Source: Iphione sp. A-MEVVRFRX5 (lineage: Eukaryota). From it: a DNA stretch of 64,000 nt. The notes beneath the pieces are model-generated. The model was given only the letters and a program-made list of their open reading frames with translations, was not told the origin of the DNA and did not search any database. Below, in pieces: positions 49,201 to 61,770 of this stretch (its first letter is position 1; every line of letters begins with the position of its first letter). The stretch covers positions 124,062,001-124,126,000 of the forward strand of contig OZ320313.1 in assembly GCA_976226885.1 (NCBI GenBank), read 5' to 3'. Position numbers and translations under genes: made by a program.

Positions 49201-52200
49201 AGAGCACATGTTCCTGCTTACGATTAGGATCTTAGTGATAAGTAATCAGACACAGCACCCTCGACTCGACGATAAAATAAGACCGAGTCGAGCGTCGTCA
49301 TAATGAATGATCACTGTAAAAGTCTCCTGCCATGGGCTCTGGTTTACCACAAAAATACACCTCTCTGAAAGCAATGCCAGAGGTTTTGTCCTACGCTACT
49401 CAAAGAATATTTAGAGAGAAAATAAGGCCATGTTTAACTCTCGTGGCCGACATTTAGAAAAAGAGAGTCACCCATTTACTTCATGCGTATCCCTTGAACA
49501 GTTCCTCCCCCGACCATTTCCTCCTCTCAACAATTTGTCCCAAAACGTTTCCTTCACCGACTTGTTTCTTTATATTTTCTGCCTGGACCAAGTTGTCCTG
49601 TGTGACTTCTTTCCCGAACTAACTTATCTGTGCACCATTTTACCTAAGGATATCTTTGGATCAATTTATCCTAAACAGGTCCGTCTCCATAATAAGTTGG
49701 TCCCAGGACACCCTATTCGCTGACTGTTTTTTTTCCCACAGTGCTTTATCCTTATCCTCATTTATCCCAAATATTTCGAAATTAGTTCGCAAATTATTTC
49801 ATATGAAAAATTTTAAGTTTATGGGTCAGACCAATTCATCACAGTATGCATACTATTCCCAACTTCATTTATCCCAGAGTTTTATTGTGGGGCAATTTTA
49901 TCCAAGGGTGTTTCCTTCCTTGACCAATTCACCCCTAGATATTTCCTTCCACAGAAGTCTTATCTCTCTTCTTGTCTTTAGAAAATTCAAAAAAAATTCA
50001 GGGCATAGTTTCATTTAGGCCCCTGCACATTGGTCCCAAACATACTAGAATTTTAATTATCAATAGGACACATACAGAGGACGAACCATTTATGTGCAGG
50101 GACACCATTATAAGACAGATACGGCTTTGTTCAGAAGAGAGGGCATTTCAAGTGTACATATGATGCTGTAGTTATACTATGCATATCGTTAAACAATCCT
50201 TTTAAACTCAAATCAATACACTGAAGTATACGTTGTACACATTGCATAGGGAGATCGTAATGCATATGCAACAAGCGGTATCTTTGAATGTGTGCTTCAT
50301 GTATGGGTGTATGTATTGAGGACGTATGAGCCTTTAGATTTGGTTGTTCATTCTGAACAGAAATATTGACATCAAAGGAATTTCAGGCAAGTGTATAAAA
50401 ACGTTTCTAAATATTGTTACATTATAAGAATTCCGTGGAATCTGCTCTGCTCCAAATATAGATAAATTGAGCAACAATCTCTACACTCCCAAAATCCATG
50501 CATACATATGCAAAAGACATTGCATACTGCGCATTGTCAATATACGATGCATATTCAACTACAACTACGAAGATGTTCGACACGTGTGTGACGTCTGCAA
50601 GACCTGCTAGATATATATCGGTCAATCTTGACCCAATCTTCTCTACTTCCAATCCACTATCCTCTACTTGCCTTCTGATAACATGCATCATTACAAATAT
50701 GTATTAATACAGATACGTACCCGCCAAGATAAAATGTACCTAAACAGACACTTTTATAGGTACATGTAAGTGAAATCGGCGTACAGAAAAGCTCAAGCAA
50801 ATCGTATTAAATACACTTCATATGATCATCTCTTACCCCATGCTTTCTCATTTTGGTGGCAATCGTGCCCATGGAAACATTTAGCGAAATACATGTACAT
50901 GGCTTCTTTATCAAGATGCCTACCAACTTCCCTAATTACTCATCCACTTGTTCATCCTTCTCCTCCAGTCTCCTCCTCCCACACTTCCTCCTCCTTTCTG
51001 AGCTTGGAATATGCAAAATTTGTGTAATCTTTAGACTTCTTATTCTCAACGTGTGTAAGCGAATGCTTGAATATTCAGCTTACACAATAAAGAAAGCGCG
51101 ATATATCAAAAATGACTTTTTCAAGTGGCTTCTTGCAGGACTTATATGCTCGGAAATTAACGAAAATCATGACAACGGCTTGTTGTCCTCATAATAGAGC
51201 GTCGAATCCGCTATTTGGTGGGCCGTACTAGTAAAAAAAAAAGAGGTGCATTACCAAATAAATTGTATTCAATCTGATCGGCTTCCGAGTTTGATGTCAC
51301 AGTGAGAGCATACAGCCAATAAAATACATTTCATGATAGCATATTACCGACCCCTAGCTTCGTATAAAGACTACAGAAAAATGGTTTGTTTCTTGTCAGA
51401 TAACATATCGGTAGAGATCAAAACATCGGAGAACGTTTATGTCAGTAGAGTGCATTGTCCGAATGTATCGTTTTTTTCATGGTCGGAATTAACAGTTTCA
51501 CACCAAAATATGTTCCAGCAAACCAATGTCAACAAGATAATTATTTCATCATTTGAGCGACAAGTGGAGAGTGCCTCCAGGCGCTCGTGGTCCCTAAAGA
51601 ATATCGATGGTCTACGGTCTTCATGGTGATGCAATAATTATCACTTAACTGTCATAATAAAGAATTTTGATAATCGGCTAATGTTTTTTTCTTCCGGGAT
51701 ACAGACGCATGCCTGCACACGCTAAAAACGTGCACCAAAAATTTTATTACTTGTCTGTCATCCCAGATTTGATGTGGAAACACTGTAAAGTGTTTTTTTC
51801 GGGTATGCATATTTACATTGTTAGATACATAGCTGTAATGTGTGGAACAAACCAGGACAGAGTATCATAACTGCCGCCTACCTAACTGTCCAGACATAAG
51901 ATACATGCATAGGGATGTGTAGTTCATGTTGATGATCTGCTATCAATAGGTTTTCCTGGATATGATGCATATCTTGGATAAGTTATACATGTATGTTGAT
52001 TTAAACCACCAACAGTTATCAACTTTGTCTATGTGCTTAATACATGTACATGTACATGGAAAAGCAATATGGAGGACAGTGTGGAAACAACCATTACAAC
52101 ACCAATACCATAAATACATGAGCATGGAAAGCCCACCTAACATCTAATCAGCTATGTGAGAATACGATGCTGTAATACAGAATCCCAGCAGTTACAAGAG

Positions 52201-55200
52201 GCCCACCTATAATAACAGAGGTGATGCCGCCAGTAATCTACACCAGATTAACTACATGTATGTTGAAATGTTGAGTACGTAGGCACCATGATATACAACG
52301 GACTGATAGGGACTCTGGACACGCCATCTCGATGTCCACTATGAGTAAATGGAACCCCGGCGCATGGTTGGAATTCCTTTTTCACATAAAACTGATTGAC
52401 ACGTACACGTACAGATTAGTATTACACTCTTCGTGAGTAACATCTAATTGGCCGATCTTCAATAATTCAACTTAACGATAGAGATGTTTTCTTAAGCAAG
52501 TGTTCTGTCAGTAAAAAATAAATGAAAACATGGCTACCTCCTCATGTATGCAACAACTTCGAGCAAAGGTTTGATTTTATGGACGAATTTGTAGCCACTA
52601 TCGACAATAAATACATGACACTGTAACTGTGAATTTGGGCTGAAAATAAGTGTACATTCTGTGTAATGTAAATACCTTTCACTAGGCTTATCAAAATAGA
52701 AATGGAAATACTTGGTTACCCTTTTGATCTAAAAATACTTTTCTGTATTTCAAGTCAATGCCTTTCATTAAAAATAGAGGACAGAAGTTAATATGTGCCC
52801 ACTTGTTCCTGCAGCACAGGAGGGACTTGCGTTTACCCTTCACACCGGCCCAGTACCTTTTAAAAGGCAAGGGTGCCTGTCTAACCTTTGCTGTGACGTC
52901 AGTCCCTCTCAAAATTGCATTTCAAAAGGGTGATGTAGAAAAACCCGTAATGAGGGTTTTTCTTCATTCTTTCGATCTAAATACGGCCGGGCGCATTGGT
53001 TCATTTTACACTACTGTTTTCTTTTGTTATGAAAAATACTTTGAACAAAGGATTAATAGTTAACCCGGTTATTACTTCTAGGGAATAGAACGAGGCTATG
53101 CTTCACTAAATCCTAGTTATATACGCCCGCAAAACTGTGTATGTATAGCTGAGAAGAGGAAACTGGCTTTATGTTCCCTTTTGGTTTGGGGACATAATCT
53201 TTTGTGTAGGTCACGGGGTGTCAGAGTAAACCCTGCATGTGGCGTACAAGTCCTGTCAACACTGGATTTTAAATGTTCTGCCTGTTCTCTTACAGATGTA
53301 GCCTCTAGTAGTATAAACATAAGCATACAAGTGCATACAGCAAATTGGTCCGACAATGCACGATTCCTCCAAATGCAGTTATTAGGGTGAGAAATGAATG
53401 CTACAGACAAATGTCGCATGGTCTTCGTCGCTTGAATATGAACAACATGTACAAACCGTCACCCACTCTGACACACGGGCTGTCACAAGCTGGGTCCACT
53501 TACCCGATTTACGCAACGGACGCGCACATTGTTCGGCGCTTTGTGTAGCGGCAAGTCACCGGGAGTAAACCGTTCACCATAGGTGAATGTCCTGTGCCTC
53601 TATGTATCACTTCATACATGTGAATCGTAATTATTCCGATGGTTTCGTTATCAATGATATCCATGCACGCTCATAGCACCTGCATACCTATCTATAATGC
53701 TCTGCATGGGGCGTTTGAGTGAGTGTGTATGTGTGTGTGTGCCTGTCTTACCTCCAGCACCAACCCAGACGAGACACCAGGCCCGGACGCCAACTCCCGG
53801 ATTGGTGCCGGGACCCTGGGACTGCGAGCGTGGGACAAAGTAACAAAGGCTCGACGGTGGAGGTGTTTGAGGTATCGGTAAGGGTGGGTGGGCGTAAGGG
53901 GGTCGGTGGTTTGCGGGGGGGGGGGGTTGTAGGCTACTGTGGTGGTGATGGTGGGGTGGGGGTGGGGGGATGACAAGATTTGGACTATGGAGAAAGACGA
54001 GGTGTGTTTGGGTGCATGGAAGAAGGTGGAGGGGGTGCTGTGACATACACGAGTCGAGTCGGGAGCGATGTTCACAGTTCAGTTCGTCCGACCCTCCTGT
54101 GTGGTGAGCTCTTTCTACGAGCCACGGCTCCCATGTCATTCCAAGCATAGTTTGGCCACACAATGCTGGTTATTCCAATTATGCCACTTACATGTATTCA
54201 TGTTGATACCAATATGCTCCGCTCAAGCAACGCGTATCTTATCAGAGTAAACTTCAACACTGTTATTATTACTTGCTGAGTGAATTATCCAAGTGGCCGG
54301 GGACATGACCTTACAACACAATTGACTTCTTCTATGAACGGAACATCAGAGAGACTGGACTAGATCTGGAGATCTAGGCTGAGATATAGTAAATAAAGCC
54401 AATGGCATGATTGGACGATTTATCATAAACTATTCTTATACATAATACGTTAATGGACGATTTTGCTTGCGATTAATAGACAAAAATAACTCTAAGCTAT
54501 TTCTAGTCCTTCTAATCCCTTGCTCTCAGTCTTTGTAGGTCTCCTTGCCTTTTACATTGTCTTTATTTAGTGCTTAGTTGTTGGCATTGTTTGCGCCCAT
54601 GCACTAGCTTTCTTATTGTTCGACCAAGCTTCTTTTCAACAATAGCAAGCTACATCTTTACTTTCCTTGGGACAGATTACCATCTGCACTTGTTCATCTC
54701 TCTTGGCTTGACCCCTCGCATCTAGATTTCTGAACCAGGACAGGTCCCTTCTGTTCTACGATGTGCGTGTATTGCTTTGTCCCCTCGGGGGGAGCGGGGG
54801 TGGGGAGAAGGCTAGGCACCACAAAGTTGCTATTGGTGTCAATGCATGGTGGCCGACATTCTCAGTTATGCGGCTCTTTAAAGTCAGCTTACAACTAGAG
54901 AACTGGACCAGGCCGTCATCTACACAACACAAGAGTTTTCAATCCGGAAAATAAGACCGAGTTGAAGTTATTCCCTGTGCCCTCCCATGCAATGAACATA
55001 CCTCTTCGTATCACTTGCTGTGAAGACTGAGTCATCAGCTACAACTGCACGGTGATATATGAGGTTTCCTTAAAATCTACCATGGTTTTTTGGGGGCCGG
55101 GGGTGGGGGCTGTTGGGGGCTGTGGAATTTGCGAGGCAAATGCACGTGGCTCTAGGCAAAGCGGCTGTAGGGACTGCCAGTTTAACAACCGAAAAACGGG

Positions 55201-56457
55201 GACCACACCATGAGTCTTTGTACTCCTAGTTTATTGTAGTTTTAACATTGAAGCTAAAAAGCACTTTGTTCGTTCTTAAATACATGTATAAAAATGATGG
55301 GCAAATATTTAGTGTTCGTGTATTGAGAACTGGTTTTGTTGGCTTGCTTGTTCGGCCTAGGTTCCCTTTGTCCAATACAGGGCAAAACCTTATCGGACAG
55401 ACACATCTTTAGAACATTCACCATCACAGACTTTTCACAAATCTCCTTAAAAGTTTATCTTTGTTTTGTCAGCGATTGGTTTCTGTGAAGTGGGTGGTTT
55501 TAGGAATAAAGATGTTCTAAATAGTAGCATGTAGTGATGGTACGGATCAGCATCAATAAGGAAGATTACGGTCTCTATACTCGTGTTTTGACAGGGTTAT
55601 AAACAAATCCTTAACACTATTTTACACATACACAGGCAGAGGGACAGCGGGTAGGCCCAATATAATGACGTATATTGGACACAATAGGAAATGAGAATAA
55701 AAAATGATTACAATGTGTTTCTATCCATACACAAGTGAATGTGCATTACAAAGTGTCCTGCTTGGCATGTTACTTAATTATTATTGACATTCTCTCTACA
55801 ATGTGCGTCAGTAGAGCAATGGGTCGTCATATGTACCCATGGATGCATAACTACTAAACCCGAGAGAATAACATTGTTTGATAATCTAAGGTCTAAATAT
55901 TGCTTCTCGACTGCGCAGACATTAAACAAACAATAAATAATATCATATACCCCCCAGCTCCTGTTTTCTCTCATTCAGTTGTATTGTCTACATCCATACT
56001 CGAGTTGCTATTACGGATAATGTGGGCTAATTTGATGGAGATGCGTGTCACGTTGAGAGATTGCATGCTGGCATCTTGAACAGGGTAATAAATTGGCTAA
56101 ACAGCCCGGATTTCGATTTCATGGAAAATGTCAATACATGTATACCTCATGTATTACAAATAACAATCCGGCCATGAACAGCTCCTGCGTGGGCTGGACT
56201 TTCATACACTGAGAACACCGATAAATATATGTTTAAGCATATCATTACTGTCCGCTTTCAGGTGAAGCCCAGTCTACAGGGGAAAAACAGCAGAAACTTG
56301 GTGTAGAAGGGTAGGAAGATGGTGATAAAAGAGAGATAATTATGTTGGGACAAGGACGGTAGATTCCCTCATACCTGCTTGTGTCTATGTTCCAGTTGTA
56401 GTCAGGTTGCACCTCCCCACCGTACTCCATATCGGATGACTGTCCATCGTGTTGCAT
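40256..56457 (-). CDS. ksr3: KSR/RAF-family pseudokinase, probably KSR3 (C1 domain + low-complexity linker + acidic segment + dead kinase domain), ~800 aa
   Basis: Exons in transcript order: [56457-56375, probable first coding exon], 48772-48686, 46041-45971, 45626-44499, 43396-43183, 42675-42508, 42158-41937, 41709-41575, 41246-41117, 40713-40633, 40339-40256. Total 2403 nt, GT-AG, phase-consistent. C1: RRCSYCQKIMFFKTYRCKHCR|YRCHKKC...GC. The kinase opens with EFSISWKDL...GKWHGEVMIH...RHENVALFMGA..EPPHLAVITS (KSR signature GRWHGEV, HEN..LFMGA), then GMGYLHAKG, YVAPE, TDVFAFG, CW....DRP, and ends HKRHSSSEP. The 40256-48772 core is firm; the first exon and the KSR3 subfamily label are inferred. 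Confidence 0.85.
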
Positions 56458-58649
56458 ATTCGGTGCGTTTCGTGCGGAGATCGAAATTACAAGTTGCCAG
56501 TTCTAAGCCCCTTGGTGTCCCCGCTCCGACAGCTGACAGTTGGGACAGAGGCAGGCTCAGGCAAACAGCCGACGTGCGGCCGGGCTGGATAAGTCCGCAC
56601 CCCGGCTGCCTACCAACTCACCACCACCACAGACCGCGTGCACGCGTCAACCACGGGGACTAGACCATTCACCTCAATCAGGGGTGGTGGAGTGATGGAG
56701 TTCTGCGGTTTGCGAGAAGCCCCACCCTTTAAGCGATCGGCTTCAGTCCATGTTACTTTTGTCAGACCCACCCGACGACTTTCAGTTTTGCTTGAAGCAG
56801 GGTGACTGTAATTTTCACCGCCTGAACCAATTTCGGCATCACTGGGATTCTACTAGGATGAGTCTCAATAGACTCGTCCATTAAGTGTCATTGTTGATGC
56901 AGCTGACTGTCTACCGTCCAATCGCTGACTGTGTGCATGTCAATGATGGGAACACATGCTAGGTGCATGAAGACTATCCTCCTCATGTATTGCTCCCAAT
57001 GCTTATGATTGATCCTGTTGCTCCGTCTGACTGCTTACACCCAGGGTTCGTGTCAAATGATTACTGGTGGTGGGGACTCCCGCCCCGCCGACCAGTCCTA
57101 CACTTTATCTAACATATAGAGGTTAATAGTTTATAGGAGTCCTGATTATGAGATGACTTGATATCGGCATGGAAACAGAATGCGTAACATAGTTTAAAAA
57201 CAACGAATATGGTCGCATACGTTCGTCCCACTTATTCGTTTCTATCAGTCAGACTTCTTACATATCAACCAATCAAATCACTGTACATCTACTTATCACT
57301 TCCACTTAACGTCGATCAGCAAGCCATCCATCCGTGAACACCGACTTGGGTATGCACGAACTTTTCTGTTGATCGACTTGACATACCTATATACAAGTAC
57401 AAGGAAAGAGAACATGGACAAGAAAAAAACGCATGAAGAACTAGAAAAAAGAAAATGAAGAGGTACAAGGACAAGACAATGTATAAGATGAAAAATAGGA
57501 GAAGGAAGAACAACAACAAACACCAGAGAAACATAAGCGTCCAAGAACAGCAAAAAGGAGAAAAGAGAGGGTAAAGACGAGTGTAAAGAATGAAAAATAG
57601 ACAAAGAACGAATGGAAAATAGATTATTGTGTATACATTGGTTAAATGATAACAACAGAGAGCATAATCAAAGGTAATAAACTGGTCGATAGGTGGGTGG
57701 ATCTGTGGTAAATACGTACGGGACAAAGACACCGAAGGAAGAATTCAGGCACCTATGAACGTCGACCACCTGTCGATCTGAACGGACGTAATGCTTGAGG
57801 TCTCGGGCGTAACGCCACCGCAGCTACTTCTATTAAAGTACTTAGCAGGACTTCCAGTCAGCATAAAGGTGGACGATAATGAGAGAAGAAAAGAGATCTG
57901 GCCAGTAGATCCGGAAACACACCTGTGATCTTTCCAACAGGTGCTCAAATACTTGTCTGAAGATGTAACTACCTTTTCAGAATAATTTCCATGTACATGT
58001 AACCGTGTTTCTGTGTTTCGGGTGCCTGTGTTGGTTTTAGGGACAGTCATCGACCGACCATGCTGGAACATGGACAGATGTGTATCACATGTCTGCGTTT
58101 AAAACCTACCCTGTGCCCAAATTGGGCTCAAATGGAACAGATTTCATGCCAATCGTGCCTTTGTGCATAAAAAAAAGATTTCATCCAAATTGTATGGAAA
58201 TCTGAAGTTTGCAATTAAAATAATATGCAAATTAGGTTTCTATGGCCTGGGCCTGGGTCCTGTTTCATGTACTTCTCGGCTAAACACAGATCCATGCTCT
58301 GTGAAAATTTGGACAACTCTCAATCTGCAACATGGAGACATCACCAGGGCATGATGGGAATGGTGGCTAAAAACAGTGAATTTCACCAGAAAAATTGGAA
58401 AACTGGCAAACATGAGAGGAATAGCAGTGAAACAAGGTGCGTTTCACTGGAAAAAGTATGAAACTGTGTAGAATTGTGGGGAGTTGTGTTGTGATGTGCT
58501 GTAATCATGTTAAACATTGCCTCCTCCAAAGACCATCTGCTGTATACTATTGCTCCATGGATGTCTGGAGTCTGGAAAAGAATGATCACTGCTCGTCTTC
58601 AGTCTCCAGACACCTCTGAACATGGAGCACAGAGCAAAAAGCCTGTATA

Positions 58650-59125
58650 CAGTGGAATCTCAATTTCCGACCTCTACGATTTCCGACCAAAGCATCTATT
58701 CCAACCATTTGAGGCTGGAACGGAAATTCTGTCTATAATAAATCAATATATTAAGTGATTGATTTCCATCCAAATCGATATCCGACCAATATCAGCATAC
58801 GACCAATCAATAAAAGATCAGTTTTGTTTTTTTTAGATATTGATTTCCGACCTCTCACCTGGGATAACGGGATAAACCCACCTATTTGCAGTCTAAACCT
58901 GCCAATTCGCAGTCTAAACCTGCGGATTCATGGTCTATACCCAGCAAAATTCACTAGGGAGAGGCCGGGGGTATCAACTGTGACCACTCTGATGTAGCTC
59001 ACACCCTGGAAGGATTGGGGGCATCAACGGCGACTTCTCTGATGTACCTCACACCCTGGAGGACTGGTCGGGAGAGGCCAGGGGTGTAAATGGCGACCCC
59101 TCTGATGTACCTCACACCTCTCCTA
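58650..59125. mobile_element. Partial second copy of the 560-bp MITE family, internal repeats in opposite orientation
   Basis: TA|CAGTGGAATCTCAATTTCCGACC terminus, then CAGTCTAAACCTG pairs and three CTGATGTA.CTCACACC units (reverse complement of the units at 35880-36040). The other terminus was not found. Confidence 0.75.
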
Positions 59126-61384
59126 GGCGGTGTTCACTTGTATCCATTTTTTCCCCAAAACGGACACGGACCTGTAGATGTATCTTATCAGTCCTGTAGC
59201 TTTTATACTAATCTGTTCACATATGGCTATGGATTTGTATCCGTAGAGAGAAGATCCATTGGTGACAGATTTTGTATGGAGACCCGTCTGTTTTCCATAG
59301 GCTGCAATAGTGAGAAGACATCTAGTTATCATTTTGGACCACTTAATATAGGCACAGTAGGACTTTTTCTACATCTCCTGACCTGTAAATATTTTTACTA
59401 TGGATGCATGCGAACACAGCCTTAGTCTTCAGATCTTTTTCCAGCACCTGGGTGCCATGCTCTGGAAGAAATCTCCGTACACATGGAAAGTAGACCTAAA
59501 TGTTATGGGCATAAGTTATCACACCGTATATCTCTTCTGACAAAATAAAAATCTCCATAACCTTAACCAATACATAATGCCGACACTAAAGTACTGAAAC
59601 GTGACGACTGCAAAATAATTACAATTCAAACAACTTAATGAATTCTTGTAGAATTTCACACCTACGCCTACGCCTCGTTTATCCGTCCATATGGTGTTTT
59701 ACATAACTTCCCTGAGTACTGAGGTACTATGGCCCCTTACGTTGGGCGTTCAGTCTTTGATGGGGGGGGGGGGGGGTGGCGCTCGGGAAGGGAGAGGTGG
59801 TTCTTCCGTATGAATCTTGTCTCCACAGTTACATCCGGGCACGGTGTATTGCTTATTAGCATATTATAAGACCACCAGCAGAGGAAAGGAGTTTCAGGAA
59901 CACGAGCGGCGCTTGGCTACCTGTTCCTCGTGACTTAAATCTATCAGAAACGACACCATTCCTACCTCTTCTATCTCCTTATCTGACCTCCGAGTACTTT
60001 ATTGCTTGTAAAATCTCTATGTTTTCTATGTACCCCGGTCCCTTATTGTGGACGTAGGTGGGCGAAAATTCATAGCGGGTGCCATTGAAAAAAACAGGAC
60101 GAGATACAGGAAGACGTCCCTTGTTCTTGTTACAGATTCGTTAACTTCCTGTTACCAAAATGACGCACATTTCCTATACTAGCACTGTGGATTATCCATG
60201 AATTATATATATATATACTCCAAGAGAAAAAAGTTGAAAACGTAACACTTTCTGATTTTCCTGCTGATGACAGCGCATGGAATGCAAGATCGCCTTCTAA
60301 AGTTCTTTTGAAATATGACACGCGGGTATACGTGTGCCTGTGTAACAGGACAAAGGGCCGCAAATTGGTCTGTTATTGTCCCTTCCCGACGCAACGCTCC
60401 CTGACCCCTGGCCCTGCCCATACGGAGCTGGATGAATGAAGAAACAAATGGTTTGCTACAATATGTTCCACCTGGCGCACCTGGCCCACCAACAGGACAG
60501 TTAGCGCAGGCACGGCGTAGCCGTCTTGGAAAACCGGCATGCTGGTCAACAGTACTAAGCACAGCCAGTAGGCGGCGGTAGTGCATTGAATGGCGAGAGG
60601 TTTCTGCAAAAGACACTTTGTTTTCCCGCTGCTGGTCATTATTACTGCGGAGCTGGCGGGAGAATACCAACCAATTTATACTTGTATGGAGTGTATGTGA
60701 TGCAGGTAGTTATTCAAAAATGCAGTCGCAAATGACGTAACAAGCTAAGGAATGGATAACATATACTCTTACAGATAATTAGTGAATTTGTATATTGGAT
60801 GTTTGTAAAACACGAAAAACGACAACATCATTATCTCATGGTGGCGTTCCCTTAGTTTCCGTCAATGTGATATCTATTACTTACAATATGGTCGATTTCT
60901 TGTTGATACATGGGATGTCTAAATATGTGCTGCTTTAGCCCGTACATGTATCAAATTCTTCCAGTGACGTTTTCACTACCAACAATTATACCTGTACGTT
61001 CCACTATGATCTTTATTGAAACACCACATTAAAACTTTGCGCCTCCCAAAGTTATCCCGACACACACAAATTTTAAAAACACTTCATGTCACCTTCCCGC
61101 CTCTGTTTCCTTCCTCAGTAGTTCTGGGCCTTAATGATTGTATTTTCAGCCGATTAACATTTTCAGATCTGTGACCTTTGTCGGATATTAATTAGTCAAC
61201 ATAATCAATGAATGTAGTGCGACATAGTCTTGGTGGTCATCGTGCAAGTGTTGACGGAGGCAATCGTAGAATGTGAAGGGATATTTAAACATGGTGGGTT
61301 TAGAATCATTTACAATGCATCCGGAACGTACGTGTGCACGTACTTGAAAAAAAAACACATGTGCAGGTTCACATGACTTAACAG

Positions 61385-61445
61385 TCAGGCACCATACATA
61401 AAGACACACACACACAAACTCACACACATACACACACACACACAC
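61385..61445. repeat. (CA)n microsatellite
   Basis: GACACACACACACAAACTCACACACATACACACACACACACAC. Confidence 0.85.
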
Positions 61446-61489
61446 CAGAACAAAAGTACACCACGATAGAGAAGACTGTGGGCCGCCCC

Positions 61490-61770
61490 GACACATGCGT
61501 CAGAAGGCCTTGTCTTTGTTCCTCCTCACACTGCGGACCAATGACATTTCGCGCCTCCCGATCAAGCCGCACGGTTTAAGGATCAAACAACATCTCGATT
61601 ACTCCCGCTTGGACCATGGTTTTTCCAGCGGTCGTGGCTGTCGTAGGCCTACATGTTTTGCCATCGGTGCCAGGCGGGTTTAAATATAACCTTTCACCGC
61701 GTTACATTTCACGGGTTCGGCGGAGAACGACGCGAGACACGTGACGTCTTACGACTACACGTGACATCAG
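61490..61770. promoter_or_regulatory. CpG-rich candidate promoter/enhancer with tandem CACGTGAC E-boxes
   Basis: Locally high CpG density; CACGTGAC at 61738-61745 and 61758-61765 (20-bp spacing), the first overlapping TGACGTC (CRE-like). Function is inferred only. Confidence 0.35.

Noticed and set aside
51195-51232. Possible Helitron 3' end (GC-rich stretch then CTAGT)
   Set aside because: The hairpin is weak (4 bp with G-U) and no 5' TC end or Rep/helicase remnant was seen.
53651-54163. 170-aa Pro/His-rich minus-strand ORF
   Set aside because: Driven by G-runs and (GT)n; only the 70-nt splice-flanked part was kept as a candidate exon.
60203-60670. Minus-strand ORF with RRACANC, considered as part of the ksr3 C1 domain
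   Set aside because: Cys spacing does not fit C1, the C1 cysteines are already accounted for at 48772-45971, and its donors are phase 1 rather than phase 2.
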